Below are positions 37,641-48,204 of a DNA stretch of 64,000 bases, piece after piece. The position numbers were made by a program, and so were the translations under genes. Every line of letters begins with the position of its first letter. Position 1 is the stretch's first letter. Origin of the DNA: a bacterium (GTDB lineage: Bacteria; UBA8248); assembly GCA_965204535.1 (NCBI GenBank), contig CBDBEV010000001.1, positions 1,920,001-1,984,000 of the forward strand. Direction: 5' to 3'. The notes under the pieces were generated by a model. That model ran no database searches and was not told the origin of the DNA. It was given only the letters and a program-made list of their open reading frames with translations.

Positions 37641-37672
37641 AACGATTCGTTTACACACAGGAGAAAGACCTG

Positions 37673-38893
37673 ATGCCGGGATTCGCGCGGGGCCAATTCA
37701 ACGTCGACTATGAAGAGCGCGTCGACATGGGCGCGCTTCGCCGAAAGCGCGTGGAGAAGGCGCAGAAAGCGATGGCCGAGCAGGACATCGACGCCCTTTT
37801 CCTCTGGAAAGTGGAGAACGTGCGCTACCTCACGAGCATGCGCTCCTCATTCCTGGCGCACCGGGAAGGTACGCGAAACGCCGTCATTCTCCCGCGCGAG
37901 GGGAGAGCCCACATTATGACGAACGGGGGCGAGATACCCCGCGTCTCGCGCGACATGCCCTGGATAGAGAAATTCCATCACCTCGCGAAGATGGAGGAAC
38001 AGCCCCTCGTGGACAAGATGATCCGCGAGACGCTTCGCCCCCTCTTCGAGGAGTTGGGCCTCATCGGCAAGCGGGTGGGCCTGGATCTCATGACGTTCAT
38101 CCAGTTCAGCGCCTACCAGAAGCACCTGGACGACGTGGAGTTCGTGAACGGCGATTCGTTCATGCACAAGGTGCGCCGCCACAAGATGCCCGAGGAGGTC
38201 TACATGATCCGCGAGGCCTGCGCGATCGCCGACGCCGTGAACGAGGAGGCCATGGACAGCGTACGGGCGGGAAAGCGCGAATGCGACGTGGCGGCGGACG
38301 CGATGAAGGTGCTCCACCACTACGGGGGTGAAATGGCGCATCTCGTCTCCCCCTTCGTGGCTTCTGGCGAGCACATGTCGCCGCCCTACCGCTTCGCCAG
38401 CGACAAGATCATCCGCAGCGGCGACCTGGTGTTCATCGACATCGGCGCGCAGTGGAACGGATATTTCGGCGACGTGGCCCGGACGATGATCTGCGGAAAA
38501 CCCTCCAAACGGCAGAAGGAAATCTACACCGCCGTGCATGAATCCCTGCAGTTGGGACTCGAGCGTACCCGCCCCGGTTTCACGAACAAGCAGGTGGCAG
38601 AGCGAATCTGGGAGACGGGCGAGAAGTACGGCTTGAGAAAGAACTGGTTCTCGCTCAGCATCGGCCACGCGGTGGGCACATCGCCCAACGAGCCGCCCTA
38701 CATCGGCGAACCAGACCCGGATTCCGAAGAAGTGGACCTCGAGCCCGGCATGGTGTTCGCCATCGAGCCGCTCATCTGGGTGCCGGACGTCCCCGGAGGC
38801 GGCGGCGTGCGCATCGAGGAGACGGTGCTCATCACCGAAGAGGGGCATGAGGTGCTGACGCGCTCGCGCATGGACGATCGCCTGCTGCTCTGA
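37673..38893 (+). CDS. Xaa-Pro peptidase (M24B) family protein
   Basis: Intact metal ligands FIDIG, GYFGD, GHAVG, AIEP, RIEE. Confidence 0.9.
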   Translation: MPGFARGQFNVDYEERVDMGALRRKRVEKAQKAMAEQDIDALFLWKVENVRYLTSMRSSFLAHREGTRNAVILPREGRAHIMTNGGEIPRVSRDMPWIEKFHHLAKMEEQPLVDKMIRETLRPLFEELGLIGKRVGLDLMTFIQFSAYQKHLDDVEFVNGDSFMHKVRRHKMPEEVYMIREACAIADAVNEEAMDSVRAGKRECDVAADAMKVLHHYGGEMAHLVSPFVASGEHMSPPYRFASDKIIRSGDLVFIDIGAQWNGYFGDVARTMICGKPSKRQKEIYTAVHESLQLGLERTRPGFTNKQVAERIWETGEKYGLRKNWFSLSIGHAVGTSPNEPPYIGEPDPDSEEVDLEPGMVFAIEPLIWVPDVPGGGGVRIEETVLITEEGHEVLTRSRMDDRLLL

Positions 38894-39047
38894 GGCGCGT
38901 CGCCTCGCCCAGGCCAATCACCGGAAAACTCCCGAACATTAAAGCGACGACTTGCCTGCTGCGACACTCGCTCCCGATTGAAGGCGAGTCGTACGGGGCG
39001 TAGAATGCCGCGCGTTGTCCCTGTCCAAGTCATTGAGGAGGTTCGTC

Positions 39048-40148
39048 TTGGCCTTTTTCGAAAGAGCTGAACTCGGGGTCGCCGTCGTGGGGGCCGGACG
39101 TATCGGCACGCACCGCTCGCGCCTCGCGGCGCAGCACCCCGCCGTCCGCTTCCTTGCCATCTCGGACGCCGAGCCCGAACGCGCGAAGGCCTTGGGCGCG
39201 CGCGTGGACGCGCAGGTAACATCGGGAAGTAACGAGGAGGTCATCTCCCATCCCGAGGTGGGCGCCGTCATCGTCTCGACTTCCGAGTTCGCGCACGTGG
39301 AGCCGGTGCTTCAGGCTTTGGAGCTCGGCAAACCCGTTCTGGTGGAAAAGCCCATCGCGATGACGCTGGAGGACGCCGATAGGCTGCTCACCACTGCGGA
39401 AAAATACGAGACCGACCTCCGCGTGGGCTACATCATGCGCTACAAGCGGCGCTATTTCCTGGGGAAAGAACAGATACAGCAGGGCCGCCTCGGGAGGCTC
39501 ATCGGCGCGACGGGCCGCGTGTTCAACACCAGGGCGCAGGCGTTCGAGATACTGAAGCGCTCGGCGGACGCCACACCCGTTCTCGACGTGCTCACCTACT
39601 GGGTCGACATGATGTGCTGGTTCATGGAGGGAAACCCGCCGGCCGAGGTCGTCTGCCGGGGCGGCGGCTTCGTCTTCAAGGAGGCGGGGTATCCGAAGGT
39701 GGACGACGTGAGCTGGTCGCTCATCACCTTCGCCGACGGGGCGACCGTGAACCTGGGCATCTGCTACGCGCTGCCCGCGAAATACCCCACCGCGGGACAG
39801 AGCATTCGTCTCGAAGTCATCGGCACGGACGGCGTGATGCTGTTCGACGAAGACCACAAGGAGAACATCCTCTACACCGAGAAGGGCTATCCGCACGCCT
39901 ATGTCCCCGACCACCACCTGCCGATGGTTTTCCTCGGCAGCACGTCTTCGGGCGACTGGGCGCTCGACACGATGTACGGCCCCATCGGCGATGAGACCAG
40001 AAGCTGGCTGGATCACCTATCCACGGGGCGGCCCTGCCACCTCGCCACGGCGGAGGACGCTCGCCAGACCCTGGAGGTGACCATCGCCATGGAGGAATCG
40101 TCCCGCACCGGCGACGCCGTAAAACTCCCCCTGGGGGAGGGGCATTAG
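39048..40148 (+). CDS. Gfo/Idh/MocA family oxidoreductase
   Basis: VGAGRIG, VLVEKP; TTG start after GAGGAGG. Confidence 0.88.
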   Translation: MAFFERAELGVAVVGAGRIGTHRSRLAAQHPAVRFLAISDAEPERAKALGARVDAQVTSGSNEEVISHPEVGAVIVSTSEFAHVEPVLQALELGKPVLVEKPIAMTLEDADRLLTTAEKYETDLRVGYIMRYKRRYFLGKEQIQQGRLGRLIGATGRVFNTRAQAFEILKRSADATPVLDVLTYWVDMMCWFMEGNPPAEVVCRGGGFVFKEAGYPKVDDVSWSLITFADGATVNLGICYALPAKYPTAGQSIRLEVIGTDGVMLFDEDHKENILYTEKGYPHAYVPDHHLPMVFLGSTSSGDWALDTMYGPIGDETRSWLDHLSTGRPCHLATAEDARQTLEVTIAMEESSRTGDAVKLPLGEGH

Positions 40149-40288
40149 CGCATGATGCTTTTTTCCTTGAACAAACGGCGCGCGCCGTGCCATATCTGTA
40201 TGTAGACGGCGACGGCGAACCCGGCGCCGCGCCCGGCGCAAGGTGAAGCGAGGGCGTGGAAAACTACCCCGGTGAACGAGCCTTGGAC

Positions 40289-41815
40289 ATGAGCCAAACG
40301 AATCTGTTTCACGCCAGAAAAAGCGGGATTCTGCTCCACCCCACCTCGCTGCCGAGCGAGGCGGGCTTCGGCGATTTAGGCTCTGGAGCGTTCGAATTCG
40401 TCGACCTACTCGCATCATCGGGCCAGAGCTGGTGGCAGATGCTGCCCGTATGCCCCACGGACGAGACGGGCTCCCCTTATGTCTCCTCATCCACGTTCGC
40501 GGGAAACCCCCTGCTGATATCGCTCGATACGCTCGCGGAAGAGGGCCTCCTCTCCGCGAAAGATATAGAAGACCGCCGTCAGAACGGCGGAGGGGAAATC
40601 GAACCGGCGCAGGCGCTCCAGGCCCATGAATCGCTGCTGGCCAAGGCGTTCGAGGCGTTCTCGAACGACGGCGGGGCGCGCGACGCGGCATTTACGGCGT
40701 TTTGCGAGGCGCAGGCCGGCTGGCTGGCCGACTACGCGAGGTTCCGGGCGTTAAAGCGCGCGCACGGAGGTTCCCCCTGGTGGGAGTGGCCGGAAGACGC
40801 AAGAGCCCGCAATCCCGATGATCCCGGGTTCGAGGAAAACATTCGCTACACCCAATTCGAGCAATTCATCTTCGACCGGCAATGGCGCGCGCTAAAAGAC
40901 TACGCCGCCGGAAAGGGGGTCGGCTTCATCGGGGACATACCCATCTACGTCGCCCATGATTCAGCGGACGTATGGGCGCGGACGCAACTGTTCGAACTCG
41001 ACGAATCACGTCGCCCGCGCGCCTACGCCGGCGCGCCGCCCGATTACTTCAACCAGGATGGCCAGCACTGGGGGAATCCCCTCTACGACTGGGCCGCACA
41101 CCGTGAGGAGAATTTCGCCTGGTGGAAGATGCGCCTCGCCGTGAACGTCGCCCGGTTCGACGCCTTGCGCCTCGATCACTTCATCGGCTTCGCGCGGTTC
41201 TGGGCGATTCCGGCCGATGCGGAATCACCCAAAGACGGCGCCTGGCGCGAGGGGCCGGGCGAGGCCTTTTTCAGCGCGCTGGAGGAGGAATTGGGCTATC
41301 TGCCGCTCATCGCCGAGGACCTGGGTTCGGTGGGCGACGACGTCCACGCCCTGCGCGACCGCTTCGGCCTGCCCGGCATGCGCGTGTTGCAGTTCGCCTT
41401 CGACGGCAGCCCGGACAACCCGCATCTCCCCCACAACATTCCCGAGAACGCGGTGGTCTACACCGGCACGCACGACAACGACACCGCCCAGGGCTGGTTC
41501 CACGGCGCCGACCCGATTCTCCGAAACGAAACGCCCGCCGGCTTCGCCATATCGCGCGCCACGGCGCTCAGGACCTTCGGCGGCGAGCCCGAGGACATCC
41601 ACTGGTCGATGATCCGCGCGGCGATGAAATCACAAGCCGCCCTCGCCGTCATCCCCGCCCAGGACGTGCTTGGTCTCGGCAACGAGGGCCGCATGAACCG
41701 CCCCGGCGTCCCGCAGGGGAACTGGGTCTGGAGGATGCGCGAGGGCGCATGGAGCGGGGAAATCCAGGAGAGACTCCTGGGCCTCACGCAGCGCAGCGGT
41801 CGTGCTCCTGAGTGA
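40289..41815 (+). CDS. malQ: 4-alpha-glucanotransferase (GH77)
   Basis: GILLHPTSLP, GDIPIYV, GAPPDYF, RLDHF, IAEDLG, YTGTHDNDT, RMNRPG. Confidence 0.95.
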   Translation: MSQTNLFHARKSGILLHPTSLPSEAGFGDLGSGAFEFVDLLASSGQSWWQMLPVCPTDETGSPYVSSSTFAGNPLLISLDTLAEEGLLSAKDIEDRRQNGGGEIEPAQALQAHESLLAKAFEAFSNDGGARDAAFTAFCEAQAGWLADYARFRALKRAHGGSPWWEWPEDARARNPDDPGFEENIRYTQFEQFIFDRQWRALKDYAAGKGVGFIGDIPIYVAHDSADVWARTQLFELDESRRPRAYAGAPPDYFNQDGQHWGNPLYDWAAHREENFAWWKMRLAVNVARFDALRLDHFIGFARFWAIPADAESPKDGAWREGPGEAFFSALEEELGYLPLIAEDLGSVGDDVHALRDRFGLPGMRVLQFAFDGSPDNPHLPHNIPENAVVYTGTHDNDTAQGWFHGADPILRNETPAGFAISRATALRTFGGEPEDIHWSMIRAAMKSQAALAVIPAQDVLGLGNEGRMNRPGVPQGNWVWRMREGAWSGEIQERLLGLTQRSGRAPE

Positions 41816-41893
41816 GGGCGGCTCGGCGCGCTATTTGATTCGAATGACTGAGAGAAGAAAGTTTTGCGTGGCGCAAAAACGAGCGCGCATCAT

Positions 41894-42439
41894 TCACGAC
41901 TCCGACAATACGCTTCTTAGCCGAGCAACGAACTCAACGGCCTCCTGCGCCTCGTCAAAGCTGATATGCGGTTTTCGCTCGACAATTTCAGCCGCCATTG
42001 CATCGGGAGCTATTTCCTTTTTCTCTTTCGAGACATAATACGCTGTGGCGTATCTCTCCAAGGCCCTTGCCTTCATCGGCGCGAATTTATCCACGATTTT
42101 TTGAACTTTATGGGCATATTTCTCAATGGGTTTCGGGTATGTTTTCTTCAAAAGTTCCGCCCTCTCGCCGGGTACCAGTTTCGGTCCATACGGCCTCTGT
42201 TGCGGACGCGGTTTCAAAAAATCGTTCGCCCACATCCAGGATATCTCGTCGCTCAGGTCAAAGGAATAGGGGCCGTGCTTATAGAGAATGAAATCGAATT
42301 CCAGCGGGACTTCCAACAGATCTTGCAGAAAATAAGTCACCTTCTGAACGTGCGTTTCCCCGCACCAGCTGTCGGCGTCTCTCAGTCTCTCGGCCAAAGA
42401 CAATAAAACGGCGGCCCTCTCGAATCGCTCCATGGCCAT
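41894..42439 (-). CDS. YwgA/SocA-like hypothetical protein
   Basis: GETHVQKVTYFLQ...FILYKHGPYSFDL motif; its ATG overlaps the HD gene stop (TAATG). Confidence 0.7.
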   Translation of the reverse strand: MAMERFERAAVLLSLAERLRDADSWCGETHVQKVTYFLQDLLEVPLEFDFILYKHGPYSFDLSDEISWMWANDFLKPRPQQRPYGPKLVPGERAELLKKTYPKPIEKYAHKVQKIVDKFAPMKARALERYATAYYVSKEKKEIAPDAMAAEIVERKPHISFDEAQEAVEFVARLRSVLSES

Positions 42440-43758
42440 TACTCCTTTCCGGCGGACGAAAGGATTTCCTCTCGCTTCCCACTCAACCAAACATCGGCTT
42501 GTTCTTTCATTTCAGGTGAAACGAAAACATTCTCACAAGACGCCAGCGGAATGTTCGAGAATGTTTCTTTTTCACTCGCCGCTTCCGAGATTCTCGCGCC
42601 TTGTATGAGAACCGGAAAAAAGCTTTTTCTCCTGTCTTGAGTTCTCTGAATATGTTTCACATTTTGCTCACCGAATTTCCCGGATGCCGCTTCATATATT
42701 TTCCGACCCGGTTCCAAGAATTTCCGGTCCTCGGCGGCAGGTCTATAGATACTCTTGAAATGCCGACGACGAACGATGCGCTCGGCGTGCGCATGGGCGG
42801 GATGAGATTTATCTCCGGCAATGGATAACATAGCGGATATTACTTCATTATCCGTATATTTCAAATGGCCTTCATAATCTGTGGGAAACATTCCCCCCTC
42901 CAACCAGGAATTCAAGAAATCTACCAAATGCTGATCGTAAATGAGTCGGACGGAGTGAAAATAAATCTGTGAAAACATGAAATATCGCGCAAGCAGCAAT
43001 GCCTCGGCGGATTCCAAGCCGCCTTCCTCGACACCCAAAACCGGTTCCTGAGAACCATCCGCCCCCTCTTTCGGCAGTATCCTCATCGTATCGATTAAGC
43101 GGTGATGATCGAATTTCCCGTAGGCAACCCCCGCGTGATACGAATCCCGAAGCAGATAATCCATCCTGTCGGCCCCGAAAACATCCCCCGTGATGATTTC
43201 CGATAAAATGCTCTCCCATTCATTCAACTCGACACTCATATAATCTTTCGATTTCTTCGCTCCAATCGCCAGTTTCGCCACGTCTTTCGGCTGCACGCCA
43301 ATGTCTTCCCAAATACCCGCCATTTGCTCGCTCAAAATGATTTCCATCGTTATGCGCTCGTGATCCCAACCTTGCGGCAACAATGCTTCCGACGCATGGG
43401 AAAACGGCAGATGGCCAAGGTCATGGCATAACGCCGCGAGTCTTAATGTTCTTCGCCATTTCAGATGATCGAGGTCCCTATGCTTTGGAATAATACTCCT
43501 GACGGAAGCGGATTCCTGATAAACGTTCTCCGGTTCCGTCACGACATCATAAATCCTGCCGGCGAGTTCCATTACACCGAGTGAATGCTCGAACCTCTTG
43601 TGGGTTGCCCCCGGGTAAACGAGATAAGTCAGGGCCAGTTGGTGAATATGGCGCAATCGCTGAAACGGGAGCGAATCAAGAACTTTCCGCTCATCAGAAT
43701 CCAGTCTGATGAAAACATGGATGGGGTCTCGTATTTCGTGTGTTCTTTTCCTTGCCAT
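42439..43758 (-). CDS. HD-domain phosphohydrolase (SAMHD1/YwfO-like dNTP triphosphohydrolase family)
   Basis: RDPIH, FQRLRHIHQL, HKRFEHSLG, HDLGHLPFSH, DRMDYLLRD, IYFH. Confidence 0.9.
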   Translation of the reverse strand: MARKRTHEIRDPIHVFIRLDSDERKVLDSLPFQRLRHIHQLALTYLVYPGATHKRFEHSLGVMELAGRIYDVVTEPENVYQESASVRSIIPKHRDLDHLKWRRTLRLAALCHDLGHLPFSHASEALLPQGWDHERITMEIILSEQMAGIWEDIGVQPKDVAKLAIGAKKSKDYMSVELNEWESILSEIITGDVFGADRMDYLLRDSYHAGVAYGKFDHHRLIDTMRILPKEGADGSQEPVLGVEEGGLESAEALLLARYFMFSQIYFHSVRLIYDQHLVDFLNSWLEGGMFPTDYEGHLKYTDNEVISAMLSIAGDKSHPAHAHAERIVRRRHFKSIYRPAAEDRKFLEPGRKIYEAASGKFGEQNVKHIQRTQDRRKSFFPVLIQGARISEAASEKETFSNIPLASCENVFVSPEMKEQADVWLSGKREEILSSAGKE

Positions 43759-43904
43759 AGAAGGATTATATCATGTTTTCGTATAATTATCGCCATAAAA
43801 ATTACGAATATCAAATCTGGTCAGTCGATAAAATGAAGACACAAACGACATGGCGTGGGTAGAACCAACATAAAATATATTCTTGACGGAAAATAAACTC
43901 CCCC

Positions 43905-44438
43905 TCACGTAACGGGTGGTATCTCGAAGGCGTTCAGGGTTAGGGAGATGGCCGAGTAAAAACCCACGAGGGCGGTCAAGTCGACCACGCCCTTCTCCCC
44001 GAGCAGAGAGAACGCCTCCTGATAAACGTCGTCGGACACCTCTTTGGTTTCGAGCAATTCCTTGCAATACCGGTGAACGCAAAGTTCTAGATCCGTGCCT
44101 TCGGTAGGCGTCTCCTGCGCCATTACGGCGGCCACAAGCGCGGGCGTAAGACCGCTGTCCAAAGCCTGCGCCTCGTGGGCGGAGAAAGCATAAGTCGCCC
44201 CCCAATGGCGCGTGGTGATGATGATGGCGAGTTCGCGGATGTCCTCTGTGATGACGCTTTCCTCGTAATAAAACTTCATGAGATTGCGAAGGGCGATGAC
44301 GAGTCCCGGGCTTCGCACCCAGACCCCGAAAGGCCCGCGCATGCCGCCGCGCTGGTTGGCGATGAGTTCCTCATAGGCATCACGTTGACGGGGCGGCATA
44401 GATTCGGGTTCAAGCGGTGCGAGACGGCTCATCGGCAT
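43905..44438 (-). CDS. Carboxymuconolactone decarboxylase family protein
   Basis: RGPFGVWVRSP, RELAII, LGEKGVVDLTALVGFY. Confidence 0.85.
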   Translation of the reverse strand: MPMSRLAPLEPESMPPRQRDAYEELIANQRGGMRGPFGVWVRSPGLVIALRNLMKFYYEESVITEDIRELAIIITTRHWGATYAFSAHEAQALDSGLTPALVAAVMAQETPTEGTDLELCVHRYCKELLETKEVSDDVYQEAFSLLGEKGVVDLTALVGFYSAISLTLNAFEIPPVT

Positions 44439-44520
44439 CTCTCCTCATGGCGTCGTTCATTCAGAAATTTTGCTACAATGGCGAAAACATTCGTTTCTCT
44501 CATTGATAGCGAGGTATCTC

Positions 44521-44946
44521 ATGAACTTCGAAGATGCAAGACCGTTTATGGAGAAAAACCACAAGGGCATGGTCACGAGCTTAAGGCCGGACGGCACGGC
44601 GCAATCGAGCATCATCGTCTGCGGGGCGTATGAGGATTGCGCCGCTTTCGTCATCGTGCGCGGCTGGTCGGTGAAGCTCAAGAACCTGCTCAAGAACCCG
44701 CAGTGCACGGTGCTCTACGTCACCCCCGACTGGCGCACCTGGGTGAGCGTGGAGGGGAAAGCCAGACTCTTCGACTACGAGAACACCGAAAAAGAGGAAA
44801 TGCGCGTGATGTTCCGCGAGGTGTTTCGCGCCTGCGGGGATTCGGACCATCCCGACTGGGAGGAATATGACCAGGCGATGATAGACCAGGGCGCGGTCGC
44901 CGTGCTTGTCACGCCCGAGCGCGTCTACGGGCGTCTACCGGCTTAA
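44521..44946 (+). CDS. Pyridoxamine 5'-phosphate oxidase-like (PPOX/F420-class) protein
   Basis: TSLRPDGTAQSS, KLKNLLKNP, WVSVEG, HPDWEEYDQAM. Confidence 0.85.
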   Translation: MNFEDARPFMEKNHKGMVTSLRPDGTAQSSIIVCGAYEDCAAFVIVRGWSVKLKNLLKNPQCTVLYVTPDWRTWVSVEGKARLFDYENTEKEEMRVMFREVFRACGDSDHPDWEEYDQAMIDQGAVAVLVTPERVYGRLPA

Positions 44947-45872
44947 TTCTCGATCGACTCCAAGAAAGCGGCGATTCCCTCCTCGAGCGAGAAGCTGTGC
45001 CGCCAGCCGGTTTTTTTCGCAAACGCGCGCGCGTCGAGGCCGATTCTGAACACCTCGCCCGCGCGCAGGGGGGCGCGTTCAACGCCTACGGGATTCTTAT
45101 CCATGCGGCGGCAGAGAATCTCGAGCAGCGCCTCGACCTCGGTGATGACGCCGGTGCCGATGTTGTAGACGCCGCCGTCCGCACCGCCCTTCCCCGCCGT
45201 GAGGAACGCTTCGACCACGTCTTTCACGAAGACGTAATCGCGCCCCGCGCGTCCGTGCCCGTATAGGGTGAGGGATTCTCCTTTCGTGAGTTTTTCCGCG
45301 AAAATCGATATCACGCCCGCATCGAGCGTCGCGCGCTGCCTCGGCCCATAGACGTTGCCCAGACGCAGCGAGACGACGGGAAGTCCGAAATGCTCCCCAT
45401 AAAAGGCGAGATAGCGCTCGCCCGCGACCTTGCTCATCCCGTAGTGGGATGCGGGGGCGAGGGGGCAGCTCTCGTTCACGATTTCCTCTTCCGGATCGCC
45501 GTAGCACGCCCCGCCCGTGGCGGCGTAGACGACCCGTGGTGGCGCATCCATGCTCCTGGCCGCCTCGAGGACGCTCAGCGTGCCCATGACGTTCGCCCGC
45601 GCATCCAATGAGGGTTCGGCCAGGCTGTGCGTTACGCTCGACTGGGCCGCCAGATGATGGATGACGGCGGGGCGCGCCTCTTCGACCAGGCAGCGCATGA
45701 ACTCCGCATCGGCCACGTCGCCTTCTCGGAAAACGGCGCCCGGCGGGACATCCTCCACCAGGCCGGACGCGAGATTATCCACCACCCAGACGAAATCGCC
45801 CGCCTCCAGACAGGCTTCCGCCACATGGGAACCGACGAAACCTGCGCCTCCCGTCACCAATACGTTCGCCAT
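44943..45872 (-). CDS. NAD-dependent epimerase/dehydratase (GalE-like)
   Basis: TGGAGFVGSH, HLAAQ, YGMSK, NVYGPRQ. Confidence 0.92.
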   Translation of the reverse strand: MANVLVTGGAGFVGSHVAEACLEAGDFVWVVDNLASGLVEDVPPGAVFREGDVADAEFMRCLVEEARPAVIHHLAAQSSVTHSLAEPSLDARANVMGTLSVLEAARSMDAPPRVVYAATGGACYGDPEEEIVNESCPLAPASHYGMSKVAGERYLAFYGEHFGLPVVSLRLGNVYGPRQRATLDAGVISIFAEKLTKGESLTLYGHGRAGRDYVFVKDVVEAFLTAGKGGADGGVYNIGTGVITEVEALLEILCRRMDKNPVGVERAPLRAGEVFRIGLDARAFAKKTGWRHSFSLEEGIAAFLESIEN

Positions 45873-46045
45873 CTCGGATCCTCAACCTATGTCATATCGA
45901 AACCGATATTTCAGTATGAAACCAACCATCATGGATTGCGGCGCGGATTTCAACCACGGGCCACGTTTTGCCGGAACCGCCCGCTCCTGATAGCCTTGGG
46001 CGCAAGTTCCAAGGCAAACGAGTTCGCTGTAAGGAGAAATCCGGT

Positions 46046-47038
46046 TTGGCCAGATACCTCGTCACGGGCGCTTCGGGCTTCATCGCGTCCAGGGTGTGCG
46101 AATTCTTGTTGGATGCAGATCACGCCGTCGTCGGGGTCGACGACATGAACGACGCCTATGACACCCGACTGAAGGATTACCGCCTCGCGCGCCTGAAGGC
46201 GCGGCCCGGTTTCGTTTTTCACGAAGCCGACATCACTCGTTCCGACACCCTGCGCGCGCTGTTCGCAGAAAACGCCGGAGGCGGCGCCCCGCCTTTCGAC
46301 GCCGTTCTGAATCTGGCCGCGCGCGCTGGCGTGCGGCAATCCATCGAGAATCCCTGGGGCTATTTCGAGACCAACGTCACCGGCGCACTGAACCTGCTCG
46401 AACTCTGCAAGGATTTCGGCGTCACCAAGTTCGTGCTCGCGTCCACCTCGAGCGCCTACGGGGCGGATACGCCCGCACCGTTTAGCGAAGACGCCCCGGG
46501 CGACAGGCCGCTTTCCCCCTACGCGGCTTCCAAGAAAGCGGCCGAGGCGCTCTGCCACACATACCACCACCTGTTCGGGATCGACGTGAGCGTGCTGCGC
46601 TACTTCACCGTCTACGGCCCGGCGGGGCGGCCCGACATGAGCCTGTTCCGCTTCACGCAGTGGATAACCGAGGGAAAGCCCGTCCTCGTCTATGGAGACG
46701 GAAAGCAGTCACGCGATTTCACATACGTGGACGACATCGCCCGGGGCACGATAGCAGCCATCAAGCCGCTCTCTTATGAGATCATCAACCTGGGATCGGA
46801 CGAGCCCGTCGTCTTAAGCGACGCCATCGCCCGCATCGAAGCCCTCACGGAGAAGAAGGCCCGGATTCGTTATGAGGAGAGCAACCCCGCCGACGTCAAG
46901 GCCACTTGGGCGAACATCGACAAGGCGGAGAGACTCTTGGGCTGGCGGCCCCGAGTGAGGCTCGCAGACGGCCTCGCGCATCTGGTGGAGTGGTACGCCG
47001 CCAACCGCGAATGGGCGAAAGAGGTGCGCACCGACTAG
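46046..47038 (+). CDS. NAD-dependent epimerase (UDP-glucuronate 4-epimerase-like)
   Basis: TGASGFIA, LAARAGVR, SPYAASKK, FTVYGPAGRPDM; TTG start after AAGGAG. Confidence 0.9.
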   Translation: MARYLVTGASGFIASRVCEFLLDADHAVVGVDDMNDAYDTRLKDYRLARLKARPGFVFHEADITRSDTLRALFAENAGGGAPPFDAVLNLAARAGVRQSIENPWGYFETNVTGALNLLELCKDFGVTKFVLASTSSAYGADTPAPFSEDAPGDRPLSPYAASKKAAEALCHTYHHLFGIDVSVLRYFTVYGPAGRPDMSLFRFTQWITEGKPVLVYGDGKQSRDFTYVDDIARGTIAAIKPLSYEIINLGSDEPVVLSDAIARIEALTEKKARIRYEESNPADVKATWANIDKAERLLGWRPRVRLADGLAHLVEWYAANREWAKEVRTD

Positions 47039-47140
47039 CAAAACCGTTCTTTCCGGCGAATTTCCCTCGCCCGTTACCCCTTCGGGGCGCTATGCACTAA
47101 ACTCACTGAATACTTTCACCCGTATACGGCAGGAGACGAC

Positions 47141-48181
47141 ATGAAGGCGATGGTATTGGCGGAGCCGGGCGCGCCGTTCGTTCTGGAAGAACGACCCATC
47201 CCCGTGGCGGGGCCGGGTGAGGCGGTGGCGCGCGTGCTGGCCTGCGGTTCGGGACTTACGATCGAGCACACCCGGGCGGGGCGCATGGGCGGGAATTTCC
47301 CGCTTGTGATCGGACACGAAATCACCGCAGAGATCACTCAGGTGGGCGCGGGCGTGGACGACCTCGCAGAAGGCGCGCCCGTGACGGCGTATTATTACTT
47401 CACCTGCGGGCGCTGCCGCTGGTGTCGCGTGAACCGCGAGACCCTGTGCGAGAATCTCGCCGGTCAGGTCGGCCGCCAGGTGGACGGCGGCTACGCCGAG
47501 TACATCAAGCTGCCCGCCCGAAACTTCATCCCCCTGCCCGAGGGGCTGGACTACAAGGCGCACCCCGCCGAGGTCGGCGTCATCTCGGACGCCATTGCCA
47601 CGCCGTATAAGGTGTTGCGCCACGCAGGCGTCCGCCCCATGGAGAACGTGGCCGTGGTGGGCGCGGGCGGCGGCGTGGGCATCCACATGGTGATGATGGC
47701 GCGCTGGGCGGGTGCGCGCGTCATCGCCGTCGACGTGACGGCCGACAAGCTGGGCAAATGCCGCGACATGGGCGCGCACGACACGGTGGACGCCTCTCAA
47801 GAAAACCTGGGCGATGCGTTTCGGGATTTGACCGGGGGCGCGGGCGTGGACGTCGTCGTCGATTTCGTCTGCACCGCCGAGGGGGTCGAGGGCGGCCTGC
47901 GCGGCTTGGGCAAGGGGGGCCGCTTCCTCGCCATGGGGGCGAACCGGATAGAGCGGTTTCCCTTCTCCCCGCGCGAGTTGCTCCGCGAGGAGCAGCAGAT
48001 CATGGGCAGCCGCTACGCCAATAAACAGGAGCTCATCGACTCGCTCGAACTCGTGGCGCGCGGCGATGTCTGGCCCCTCGTGAGCGAGACCTATCCGCTC
48101 GAAGAAGCCAACCTCGTGCACGAGCGCTTGCGTGAGGGCCGAGTCACCGGACGCGCCGCTCTGGTGATGTCTCAGGAATAG
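47141..48181 (+). CDS. Zn-dependent alcohol dehydrogenase (MDR) family protein
   Basis: IGHE, CGRCRWC...C structural zinc site, GAGGGVG. Confidence 0.9.
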   Translation: MKAMVLAEPGAPFVLEERPIPVAGPGEAVARVLACGSGLTIEHTRAGRMGGNFPLVIGHEITAEITQVGAGVDDLAEGAPVTAYYYFTCGRCRWCRVNRETLCENLAGQVGRQVDGGYAEYIKLPARNFIPLPEGLDYKAHPAEVGVISDAIATPYKVLRHAGVRPMENVAVVGAGGGVGIHMVMMARWAGARVIAVDVTADKLGKCRDMGAHDTVDASQENLGDAFRDLTGGAGVDVVVDFVCTAEGVEGGLRGLGKGGRFLAMGANRIERFPFSPRELLREEQQIMGSRYANKQELIDSLELVARGDVWPLVSETYPLEEANLVHERLREGRVTGRAALVMSQE

Positions 48182-48204
48182 AAGACGCTTTCAGGCGAGG
48201 CCGC

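Noticed and set aside
43905-43907. TGA at the end of the CMD gene (and other terminal TGAs) as further Sec codons
   Set aside because: They fall at the natural C-terminus of complete domains, not at conserved Cys positions
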